A DNA stretch of 64,000 nt, taken from NCBI GenBank assembly GCA_040878345.1, contig JBBDML010000019.1, forward strand, positions 21,373-85,372, in the 5' to 3' direction. A program made the translations under genes and the position numbers. Numbering within the stretch: the stretch's first letter is position 1; every line of letters starts with the position of its first letter. This document shows, in pieces, positions 35,106-43,583 of the stretch. A model generated the notes under the pieces. The model was given only the letters and a program-made list of their open reading frames with translations. It searched no databases and had not been told where the DNA came from. The stretch comes from Acidimicrobiia bacterium. Its GTDB lineage: Bacteria; Actinomycetota; Acidimicrobiia; Spongiisociales; ZC4RG35.

Positions 35106-36058
35106 GCTCGGTCCTCGACGACCTCGATCTCCACCCAGTGAGCATCCCGATGCGGCATCGGTTTCGTCGTGTCGACCACCGTGAGGCGGTCCTGATCAAG
35201 GGACCAAAGGGTTGGGGGGAGTTCTCGCCGTTTCCCGATTATCCGCCCGAGCAGACGACGAAGTGGTTGGCGGCTGCTCTTGAGCTGGCATGCGGCGACC
35301 TGCCGGCCCCAGGCCGGCCACTGATCGAGGTGAACGTGACGGTGCCGGCGGTGGACCCGGTGACCGCCGCCTGGCTGGTGACGGAGTCCGGGGCGCGGAC
35401 GGCGAAGGTCAAGGTAGGAGACCCGGGGGATGACGAGACGACCGATACCGTGCGTCTCGAAGCGGTACAGGCTGCCCTGGGACCTGGGGGCCGGATGCGG
35501 ATCGATGCCAACGCATCCTGGGACCTCGCCACCGCCACCAGTCGACTGGCGAAGATGGAGCGATTCGGCCTGGAGTACGTCGAGCAACCGGTGGCGACAC
35601 TCGAGGAGATGAGAGAGCTGCGCCGCCGGGTGACCATCCCTCTTGCCGCAGATGAGTTGGTTCGTCAGGGTCCGAACCCCCTCCGCGTGATCGAAGAGGG
35701 GGGCGCCGACGTGCTGGTCTTGAAGGCGCAACCGATGGGAGGGGTGGCCCCCATCCTCGACTTGGCGGGGAGAGCAGGCGTCCCCGTGGTCCTGTCGTCG
35801 GCTCTCGAGACATCGGTGGGGATGTATGCCGGGCTCCTGGCCGCCTCGCTGGTCGACTCCCCATATGCGTTCGGGCTGGGCACCGTCTCCATGCTGGCGG
35901 GTGACCCCACCATCCGGCCGCTGTTGCCGATCAAGGGACAGCTCGAGGTTCGAAGGCCCGAGCCCGACCCCGACCTACTGGAGAGATGGCGCCCCGGCCC
36001 CGATGTGGCCTCCAGCCTGCTGGCACGTCTTCGCCTCGCTGCCGAGGCCCTGACATGA
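35102..36058 (+). CDS. menC: o-Succinylbenzoate synthase (enolase superfamily)
   Basis: 'KVKVG', 'RIDANASW', 'LEYVEQP', 'ADE' metal/acid-base motifs. Adjacent to menD. Confidence 0.8.
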   Translation: MSSVLDDLDLHPVSIPMRHRFRRVDHREAVLIKGPKGWGEFSPFPDYPPEQTTKWLAAALELACGDLPAPGRPLIEVNVTVPAVDPVTAAWLVTESGARTAKVKVGDPGDDETTDTVRLEAVQAALGPGGRMRIDANASWDLATATSRLAKMERFGLEYVEQPVATLEEMRELRRRVTIPLAADELVRQGPNPLRVIEEGGADVLVLKAQPMGGVAPILDLAGRAGVPVVLSSALETSVGMYAGLLAASLVDSPYAFGLGTVSMLAGDPTIRPLLPIKGQLEVRRPEPDPDLLERWRPGPDVASSLLARLRLAAEALT

Positions 36059-37752
36059 GCCGCCCCAACCCGAGCACTGCCATGGCGGAGGTGGTCATCG
36101 ACGAGCTCGCCCTAAACGGTGTCAGGTTGGTGGTGATCTCACCGGGGTCGCGGTCGGCGGCCTTGGCCATCGCCGCCTCCCGGCATCCCGGGATCCAGAG
36201 CGTGGTAGTCCTGGACGAGCGTTCGGCGGCCTTCCATGCGTTGGGAAGGTCGAAGGTTGATGGGTTCCCGGCCGTGGTGATCTCCACGTCGGGGACCGCC
36301 CCGGCCAACTGGTACCCGGCGGTGATCGAGGCCGACATGTCGATGACCCCCCTGATCCTGGTCTCAGCGGATCGACCCGCCGAGTCGAGGGGTGTCGGAG
36401 CCAATCAGACCATCGACCAGGTCCGGCTGTTCGGTGACAAGGTCCGATGGTTCGCCGAGATCGATGCCCCGGGCCAACAGGACATGAACGCCGGGTGGCG
36501 TGGTCTGATCTGTGAGGCGGTGACCACCAGCCGGGGTGATGGCTCAGGGCCGGGCCCGGTTCACCTGAACCTGGCGTTCAGGGAGCCAACGGTCCCCGTG
36601 TCCGATGACGGGAGGACCGCTACCGACCCGTACCCCCACCCCATCGAAGGCCGGGATGGCGGTCACCCTTGGATCGAGCCCGCCCCCGGCGGTTCCCGCC
36701 CGAGCCCGGGGAGAGAGATCCCTTACACCCCCCGTGGGTTGGTGATCGCCGGCGACGGGTCGTACGAGCGGGATCGGCTGTTGGAGGCGGCTCGGGTCCT
36801 GGGCTGGCCGGTCCTGGCCACCGCACTCTCAGGACTGCGCGGCCAGGACGTGATCACCTGCTATCACCACCTGCTCGCCGGCCCCCTTCCCGATGGCATG
36901 CGCCCCGAGTTGGTGGTCGCCGCGGGGCACATCGGCCCCAGCCAGCGTCTGGAAGCCCTGATCGCCATTGCCGACCATCGGGTGCGGGTGGACGCCTGGG
37001 GCCGGTCCATCGACCCAAACCGCAATGCCACCCTGAAGGTCGACTCGGACCCGGTGAGTGCCCTGGCCACGATGGCCGACCGTGCCCGGCCCGATCCGGA
37101 CTGGGCCGGCGCATGGTCGAAGGCGGGTGCAGTGGTGCGAAGCCTGCTGGATCGGTGTCTGGCCGATCATCCGGGTCTGTCCGGGGCCGGGGTGGCCCAC
37201 ACCCTCGACCGGGTCGATTGGGGCTGCCTGGTGGTGGCCTCATCGCTCCCGATCCGTGAGGTCGACGCCCATCTCACCCGGCCGGGCAGGGTCATCGCCA
37301 ATCGTGGCGCATCCGGGATCGACGGGTTCGTCTCGACCGCAATGGGTGTGGCCTCGGCGGTGCCGCGGACCTTGGCCCTGAGCGGGGATCTCTCGCTTCT
37401 CCACGACGCCAATGGCTTCCTAAGTGACGGGGATCGCGACCTGACGATGGTGGTGATCAACAACGATGGCGGCGGTCTGTTCGACTCGCTTCCCCAGGCG
37501 GCCCACGCCCCCGAGTACGAACGGCTGTTTCTGACTCCCCAGCGGCGCGACCTGGCGGGTCTCGCCAGATTCCACGGGCTGGACTATCAGGCGGCCGAGG
37601 GTCTCGATCAGCTGGCCGCCATCGTCGAGTCGAGACTTGGCTCGGGCCAAGAGTCGTTGATCGAGGCCCGGGTCGATCGCAGCTTCGACCTCGCCGTCCG
37701 CCGGAGCCTCGATGAGGCTGGCCGCTCAGCCATGGCCGCCTTCAACCCCTAA
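36055..37752 (+). CDS. menD: SEPHCHC synthase (2-succinyl-5-enolpyruvyl-6-hydroxy-3-cyclohexene-1-carboxylate synthase), ThDP-dependent
   Basis: ATG 36055 (ATGA overlap with menC). 'VISPGSRSAALA', 'DERSAAFHALG', 'SGDLSLLHDANG...NNDGGGLF'. Confidence 0.9.
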   Translation: MSRPNPSTAMAEVVIDELALNGVRLVVISPGSRSAALAIAASRHPGIQSVVVLDERSAAFHALGRSKVDGFPAVVISTSGTAPANWYPAVIEADMSMTPLILVSADRPAESRGVGANQTIDQVRLFGDKVRWFAEIDAPGQQDMNAGWRGLICEAVTTSRGDGSGPGPVHLNLAFREPTVPVSDDGRTATDPYPHPIEGRDGGHPWIEPAPGGSRPSPGREIPYTPRGLVIAGDGSYERDRLLEAARVLGWPVLATALSGLRGQDVITCYHHLLAGPLPDGMRPELVVAAGHIGPSQRLEALIAIADHRVRVDAWGRSIDPNRNATLKVDSDPVSALATMADRARPDPDWAGAWSKAGAVVRSLLDRCLADHPGLSGAGVAHTLDRVDWGCLVVASSLPIREVDAHLTRPGRVIANRGASGIDGFVSTAMGVASAVPRTLALSGDLSLLHDANGFLSDGDRDLTMVVINNDGGGLFDSLPQAAHAPEYERLFLTPQRRDLAGLARFHGLDYQAAEGLDQLAAIVESRLGSGQESLIEARVDRSFDLAVRRSLDEAGRSAMAAFNP

Positions 37753-38763
37753 GGCCCGGAGCATCGGCCCCAGCTTGAGGTCGGTCTCGGCCCACTCAGA
37801 TTGGCGGTCCGACCCGTGCACAAGGCCTCCCCCTGCATAGATGGTGCCCCGGTTTTGATCGAAGAGCCCGCAGCGCAGGGCAATGGCGAACTCGCCGTCG
37901 CCCTTGGTGTCGAACCAGCCGACCGGGCCTGCATAACGGCCCCGTCCCCGCGGCTCCATGGCCCGGATCAGGGCGAGTGCGGCGGGCGTGGGGGTGCCGG
38001 CAACCGCGGCAGTGGGGTGAATCGAAGACAGGAGGTCGAGCACCTTGGTGCCGGGCAATGCGATCGCCGTGAAGTCGGTCGCGACGTGGAGGATTGGACC
38101 CACCTGGATGACCGAGCGCTCGCCGATGAGGTCGATGCTGTGGCCTCCGAGACCGGCAGCCGCAGATCGGGCAGCCAGGTCGTGTTCCATCTCGATCCTG
38201 GCAGCGTCGAGATGATCGACCTCGGTTGCAGTCCCGGCGAGCACCCTCGACCTCACCCGATCGCCCTCCAAGGAGACGAGCAGCTCGGGGCTGGCTCCGA
38301 CCAGCCCATCGTTCAGGAACACATAGGTCGAGGGGTTTGCCCGGACCAGGCGCTCAAGGATGAGGTGCGGATCGAAGGGCTCCGACAACTCCACCTCGAC
38401 ATGGCGGGCCAGCACCACCTTCTCCAACTCGCCGGCGGAGATCGACGACATGGCAATGGAGAATCCGTGTTCCCATTCAGCCCGGCCATCGGCGACCAAT
38501 CGAGCCAACAGCCGGCCCTCGTCGGCCGACGACCAGGCGACCTGGCCCTCAGCGACTTCCTCGGGCGCCAGGACCAGCGAGCCCCTCTGATCGGGATCGA
38601 AGGTGAAGGAGGCGAACCCGACTCCCCGATCCACCGAGGCGAGCCAGTCCCCTGTCTTGGTGTACCGGTCGGCCCCCGTCCCGGGGTCAAAGGACAGGAG
38701 CTCCCCGAGCCCTCTCAAGCTGTGATCAGGGCTCGACCAGAATGGGGCCAGGTCGGGGCTCAC
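37726..38763 (-). CDS. menF: Isochorismate synthase
   Basis: GTG start. Chorismate-binding 'LHPTAAVAGTP', 'EPRGRGRYAGPVGW', 'AIALRCG', 'YAGGGLV'. Confidence 0.8.
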   Translation of the reverse strand: MSPDLAPFWSSPDHSLRGLGELLSFDPGTGADRYTKTGDWLASVDRGVGFASFTFDPDQRGSLVLAPEEVAEGQVAWSSADEGRLLARLVADGRAEWEHGFSIAMSSISAGELEKVVLARHVEVELSEPFDPHLILERLVRANPSTYVFLNDGLVGASPELLVSLEGDRVRSRVLAGTATEVDHLDAARIEMEHDLAARSAAAGLGGHSIDLIGERSVIQVGPILHVATDFTAIALPGTKVLDLLSSIHPTAAVAGTPTPAALALIRAMEPRGRGRYAGPVGWFDTKGDGEFAIALRCGLFDQNRGTIYAGGGLVHGSDRQSEWAETDLKLGPMLRALGVEGGHG

Positions 38764-39524
38764 GGATAGGCGAGGATGGTATCGGCGGTGAGCCCGGCCA
38801 GTTCTCTGGCGAGATCGGCGAAGCGCCCGAGGTCTCCCGAGGCCGCCATGCGCAACCCGCCGCTCTCATTGGTTCCCGGCGCCACCCGCGCCGTCTGCAT
38901 GGCCACCGCCGGTGCGGGGTCGATCACCGTCGCCGACCCTCCCGAAACTCGATCGATCACCGGGCGCAGGAACGAGAAGTGGGTGCATCCCAGCACCAGG
39001 GCATCGGCCCCGGCCTCGAGCGCCGGCCCCAGGCACGCGGTCACCGCCCTCTCCACCCCAGGGTCGTCGACCCTTCCGGCTTCGACCAGCTCCACCCATT
39101 CCGGGCATGCCCGCTCGATGACCTGTGCGCCGTGGCCGAACCTACTGACCACAGACTCGAACAGCCTCCCCTGGAAGGTGGCAGCGGTGGCGAACACCGC
39201 GATCACCCCGGTGGTGCTCAGGGCGGCGGCCGGCCTGACCGCGGGCTCCATGCCAACGATGGGGAGGCTCGGGTGATCGGCCCTGAGCTCATCGAGGGCC
39301 GCCGCCGAGGCGGTGTTGCACGCCACCACCAGAGTGGTTGCCCCGTGGCCGATGAGCCATCTGGCGATCTCCCTGGAGAACGACTGGACCTCGGCGAGGC
39401 TTCGAGGGCCGTACGGGGCGCGTGCCCGGTCGGCTACATAGAGGAGATCGGCCCGGGGCAGGGCGCGACGGATCTCCAGGAGCACGCTGAGGCCCCCCAC
39501 ACCCGAGTCGAAGACACCGATCAC
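38760..39524 (-). CDS. murI: Glutamate racemase
   Basis: 'IGVFDSGVGGLSVL', 'VVACNTASA', 'LGCTHF'. Confidence 0.92.
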   Translation of the reverse strand: MIGVFDSGVGGLSVLLEIRRALPRADLLYVADRARAPYGPRSLAEVQSFSREIARWLIGHGATTLVVACNTASAAALDELRADHPSLPIVGMEPAVRPAAALSTTGVIAVFATAATFQGRLFESVVSRFGHGAQVIERACPEWVELVEAGRVDDPGVERAVTACLGPALEAGADALVLGCTHFSFLRPVIDRVSGGSATVIDPAPAVAMQTARVAPGTNESGGLRMAASGDLGRFADLARELAGLTADTILAYP

Positions 39525-39593
39525 GGGTGTATCTCACCATCCGGGGCCGGGCACCGCTGGTAGCGTCGCCGGCCCGAGCCGCGGAGGGCGTCG

Positions 39594-40364
39594 ATGCAAC
39601 TGGATGGTGCGGTGGCCGTGGTCACCGGCGGCGTCTCGGGTTTGGGGCTGGGGGCGGCCCGGCGACTCACCGAGCATGGGGCCTCGGTCGCCATGTTCGA
39701 TGTCAACGAGGCCAAAGGGGCATCGGCAGCCGCCGAGCTCGGAGACCGGTCACGGTTCCTGATTTGTGACGTCTCGGTTGCCGAGAGCGTCGGGGCCGCG
39801 GTGGCGGGGGCGGTCGAGGAGTTCGGGCGTATCGACATCTTGGTGAATGCCGCCGGCATTGCCCCGGCGCAGCGAGTGGTCTCGCGGGATGGCGAAATGT
39901 TCGACCTCGAGCTCTTCAAGCTCACCATTGGCGTCAACTTGGTCGGGATGTTCGACGTGATTCGCAACGTGGCTGCGGTCATGGCTCGAAACGAGGCAGG
40001 GAGCACCGGGGAACGCGGGGTGATCGTCAACGTGGCCTCGATCGCCGCATTCGACGGCCAGATCGGACAGGCCGCATACTCGGCGTCGAAGGGGGGCGTG
40101 GTGGGCATGACCCTCCCCATCGCCCGGGACCTCGGGAGCGTGGGCATTCGGGTGATGACGATCGCGCCGGGGATCATGGACACCCCGCTCCTCGCCGGCG
40201 CACCGCAGGAGTTGCGCGACGCCCTGGCCAAGCTCCATGTCTTCCCCCAGAGGTTGGGGACGCCCGAGGACTTCGCCCACCTGGTCCAGGCGATCGTGGA
40301 GAACCCGATGCTCAACGGCGAGGTGATAAGGCTCGACGCCGCGGCCCGCATGCCGCCACGGTGA
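39594..40364 (+). CDS. SDR-family 3-hydroxyacyl-CoA dehydrogenase (type II / HSD10-like)
   Basis: 'VVTGGVSGLG', 'NAAGI', 'YSASKGGVVGMT', 'RLDAAARMPPR' tail. Confidence 0.85.
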   Translation: MQLDGAVAVVTGGVSGLGLGAARRLTEHGASVAMFDVNEAKGASAAAELGDRSRFLICDVSVAESVGAAVAGAVEEFGRIDILVNAAGIAPAQRVVSRDGEMFDLELFKLTIGVNLVGMFDVIRNVAAVMARNEAGSTGERGVIVNVASIAAFDGQIGQAAYSASKGGVVGMTLPIARDLGSVGIRVMTIAPGIMDTPLLAGAPQELRDALAKLHVFPQRLGTPEDFAHLVQAIVENPMLNGEVIRLDAAARMPPR

Positions 40365-42302
40365 TCAACCGATCTTCCTGATGCCTTCCAGGCTCTCCGG
40401 GTTCTCGAGGCTGGTCAGATCGCCCGGGTCTTCGCCGAGGGCCATCGCCTTGACCACACGTCGCATGATCTTCTGGGAGCGGGTCCGGGGGAGGTCGGCG
40501 ACCCAGGTGACGGACACCGGGCGGAACGCTCTTCCGAGGCTGGCGGCCACGGCATCCAGGACCTCGCCGGTGAGGGCAGCGGTATCGGTCACCCCCGGTG
40601 CCGGGACCAGGTACAGGGCGATGGCCTCGCCCTTGACCTCATCGGGAACACCGATCGCAGCCGCCATCACCACCTCGTCGAAGGAAACCGCCACCGACTC
40701 GATCTCGGCCGGCCCGATTCGCTTGCCGGCGATGTTGAGGGTGTCGTCCGAGCGCCCATGGAGGTACCAGAAGCCGTCCTCGTCGACGGACGCCCAATCC
40801 CCATGCACCCAGGTGTCCTCGAACCGTGACCAGTAGGTGTCGATGTAGCGCTGTGGCTCGCCCCAAAACCCGCGAGTCATCCCGGGCCAGGAGCCGCGGA
40901 TCACCAGCTCACCCACCTCACCCCTGAGGGGTTGCCCGTCTGGGCCGTACACGTCGGCGTCGACTCCCAGGGCCGGGCCACCCAGAGAGGTGGGCTTGAT
41001 CCCCTGGAGGAGGTTGACCGAGAGGATGCAGGCCCCGATCTCGGTGCCTCCGGAGATGTTGACGATCGGGATCCGCTCTCCACCCACCTCACGGAACAGC
41101 CACCACCAGGGCTCTGGGTTCCATGGCTCACCGGTTGATCCGAAGGTCTTGAGGTGTGACAGGTCGTGACGTCGAGCCATCTCCGCTCCATGCGGCTGCA
41201 AGGACCTGACCAGGGTGGGAGAGAGGCCGAGGATGGTCACTCCCAAGTCGGCGGTGACCTCCCAGAGGCGGTCGGGCCCGGGGTAGTCGGGTGCCCCGTC
41301 ATAGGTGGCGATGGCGGCACCGTTGGCCAGACCGGCCACCACCACCCAGGGCCCCATGATCCAACCCATGTCGGTGGCCCACATCAGGACGTCGTCTCGC
41401 TCTACCTCGAACTGGAAGGCCCCTTCGGCGGCGAGCTTCACGGTGAGCCCGGCATGGACGTGGACCGCGCCCTTGGGTCGCCCGGTGGTGCCAGAGGTGT
41501 AGGCGATCATCACCGGGTCCTCGGCACGGGTCTTCACCGGGTCGAGTGGCTCCGATCCGGCGACCAGATCGTGCCACCAATGATCGCGCCCATCCGTCAT
41601 AGGGGTGCTGGGACGGGGGGAGTAGTCGACCACCAGGAGATGGTCGATACCCCCGGCGAGAGCCACCGCCTCGTCGGCAGTCTCCTTCATGGGGATGGGC
41701 CGTCCCCGGCGGGTGAAGCCATTGGCGCAGATCATCACCTTCGGCTTGGGGTCGTCGAGTCGGGTCGCCACCGCCTCCGACCCGTACCCGGAGAAGACCG
41801 GGATGAACACCGCGCCCAGACGCGCCACTCCGAGGAGGGCGACCACCGCCTCCTCGGACATGGGGAGAAAGACGGAGACCGCATCACCCCGCTCGACGCC
41901 AAGGTACTGCAGCGCCCCGGCCAGGCGCGACACCCGGTCGGCGAGCTGGCCGAAGCTGATCTCCCGGGTCTCGGCGGACTCCTTCTGGGATCGGATCGCC
42001 AGCCGCCCCGGGTCCTCGGCGGCCCACTTGTCGACACAGGCGCGGGACAGGTTGAACAGCCCATCTGGGAACCAGGTCGCCCAGGGGTGGCCACGGGAGG
42101 TGTCCCGGATCACGGTGGGGGGGCGGTCGAAAGGCAACTCGAGGAACTCGACGACCGCCCCCCAGAACCACTCGGGGTGGTCTGCCGAGCGCGTCACGAG
42201 GTCCTGGAAGACGGAGATGCCGTGACGTTCCATGAAGCGGCGGGTGTTGGTGGTGGCGGCCCGCTCCGGGTCCGGTGCCCACACGATGTCGAAGCTCTCC
42301 AT
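40365..42302 (-). CDS. AMP-forming acyl-CoA synthetase (acetyl/propionyl/acetoacetyl-CoA synthetase family)
   Basis: 'YTSGTTGRPKG', 'GSTGEPWNPE', 'GDWASVDEDGFWYLHGRSDD', 'LPRTRSQKIMRR'. Confidence 0.85.
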   Translation of the reverse strand: MESFDIVWAPDPERAATTNTRRFMERHGISVFQDLVTRSADHPEWFWGAVVEFLELPFDRPPTVIRDTSRGHPWATWFPDGLFNLSRACVDKWAAEDPGRLAIRSQKESAETREISFGQLADRVSRLAGALQYLGVERGDAVSVFLPMSEEAVVALLGVARLGAVFIPVFSGYGSEAVATRLDDPKPKVMICANGFTRRGRPIPMKETADEAVALAGGIDHLLVVDYSPRPSTPMTDGRDHWWHDLVAGSEPLDPVKTRAEDPVMIAYTSGTTGRPKGAVHVHAGLTVKLAAEGAFQFEVERDDVLMWATDMGWIMGPWVVVAGLANGAAIATYDGAPDYPGPDRLWEVTADLGVTILGLSPTLVRSLQPHGAEMARRHDLSHLKTFGSTGEPWNPEPWWWLFREVGGERIPIVNISGGTEIGACILSVNLLQGIKPTSLGGPALGVDADVYGPDGQPLRGEVGELVIRGSWPGMTRGFWGEPQRYIDTYWSRFEDTWVHGDWASVDEDGFWYLHGRSDDTLNIAGKRIGPAEIESVAVSFDEVVMAAAIGVPDEVKGEAIALYLVPAPGVTDTAALTGEVLDAVAASLGRAFRPVSVTWVADLPRTRSQKIMRRVVKAMALGEDPGDLTSLENPESLEGIRKIG

Positions 42303-42367
42303 GAGATCCCGCCCGAGGGTATCCGAGACACCCCGGGAGCTGGTCGACGGTTCTAGCCTGGCCCCCG

Positions 42368-43480
42368 ATGAGCACTGCCCGTGAGCGCGAGGACAACCGG
42401 GTCTTCAGGCGCCGGACCCTCGTGGTAGCCGGGGTTCTCGCCGCGACCGCCACCGGGGTCTGGCTGGTCTACAGGTTGAAGACCCTCTTTTTCATGGTCT
42501 TCGTCGCAGTGGCCTTGGCAATCGCCTTCGAGCCGCCGGTCCACTATCTCGAGAAGCGGGGCTGGAAGAGGAGGACCGCCACCGGGGTGGTGCTTCTCGC
42601 CGCCCTGATCGTCATCATCGGGTTCACCTGGGCGCTGGCGCCTTTGTTCGTGGCTCAGATCAACGAGGTGATCGCGGCCATCCCCGACGTCGTCGAGTCG
42701 GTGATCGCTTTCCTCAACGACCGTTTCGGGCTCGATTTGTCGGCCCTGGACCTGTCCCAGGCCGGCGAAGACTTGGCCGGCTACCTGCAGCGTGGCTTCG
42801 GCACCATCGCCGGCGGGGTGTTGAGCGTTGGCGCATCAGTGGCCGGGTTCGTGGTGTTCGTCACCACGGTGGCCCTGTTTGCCTTCTACATGATCGCCGA
42901 GCTGCCCAAACTGCAGCGCACCGTCCTCTCCTTCATGCCCGAGCCCCAACAGCACCGAGCCCTCCACATCTGGGATGTGGCGGTGGAGAAAATGGGCGGC
43001 TACGTCTACTCCCGGCTTCTCCTGGCGGTCCTCGGAGCGATCATCTCCACCGCGGCACTGGGCTTCCTCGGAGTCCCCTTCGCCCTCTCGCTCGGGATCT
43101 GGGTGGGCGTCTTGAGCCAGTTCGTCCCGGTGGTCGGCACCTATCTGGCAGCGGTCCTCCCGGTGGTGGTGGCATTGACCTTCAATGGCACGACCACTGC
43201 CATCTGGGTGGCGGTGATCTTCGTCGCCTACCAGCAGATAGAGAACTATCTCTTCGCGCCGTGGGTGACCAAGCGAACCATGGAGATCCACCCTGCGGTG
43301 TCGGTGGGGGCCATCATCGCCGGTGCCGCCCTACTCGGCGGGGTGGGCGTCATCCTCGCCCTTCCAGTCACAGGGATCGTCCAGGCGATGATCTCGGAGT
43401 CGCGTCAACCATATGAGGTGGTCCTTGACGACACCGGTGATGCCCCGGTGAATGACGACGACACGGGGGGCCCGGTCTGA
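42368..43480 (+). CDS. AI-2E family transporter (PerM/UPF0118)
   Basis: About 8 TM helices. 'QQIENYLFAPWVTKRTMEIHP' is the family signature region. Confidence 0.85.
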   Translation: MSTAREREDNRVFRRRTLVVAGVLAATATGVWLVYRLKTLFFMVFVAVALAIAFEPPVHYLEKRGWKRRTATGVVLLAALIVIIGFTWALAPLFVAQINEVIAAIPDVVESVIAFLNDRFGLDLSALDLSQAGEDLAGYLQRGFGTIAGGVLSVGASVAGFVVFVTTVALFAFYMIAELPKLQRTVLSFMPEPQQHRALHIWDVAVEKMGGYVYSRLLLAVLGAIISTAALGFLGVPFALSLGIWVGVLSQFVPVVGTYLAAVLPVVVALTFNGTTTAIWVAVIFVAYQQIENYLFAPWVTKRTMEIHPAVSVGAIIAGAALLGGVGVILALPVTGIVQAMISESRQPYEVVLDDTGDAPVNDDDTGGPV

Positions 43481-43583
43481 GGGCACCGCACTAGGCATTC
43501 TCCCCATCTGGGGTTTATTGTGCTGACCACACATCGCATACCTCTCGGTTTGCGTGTGCGACCCCTAATTCGGAGGAATTCAA

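Noticed and set aside
43515-43535. TGTG-N7-CACA palindrome upstream of the ABC operon as a CRP/GlxR site
   Set aside because: The spacing and half-sites (TGTGC/ACACA, 15 nt) do not fit the 16-nt TGTGA-N6-TCACA consensus, so the match is too weak to call.
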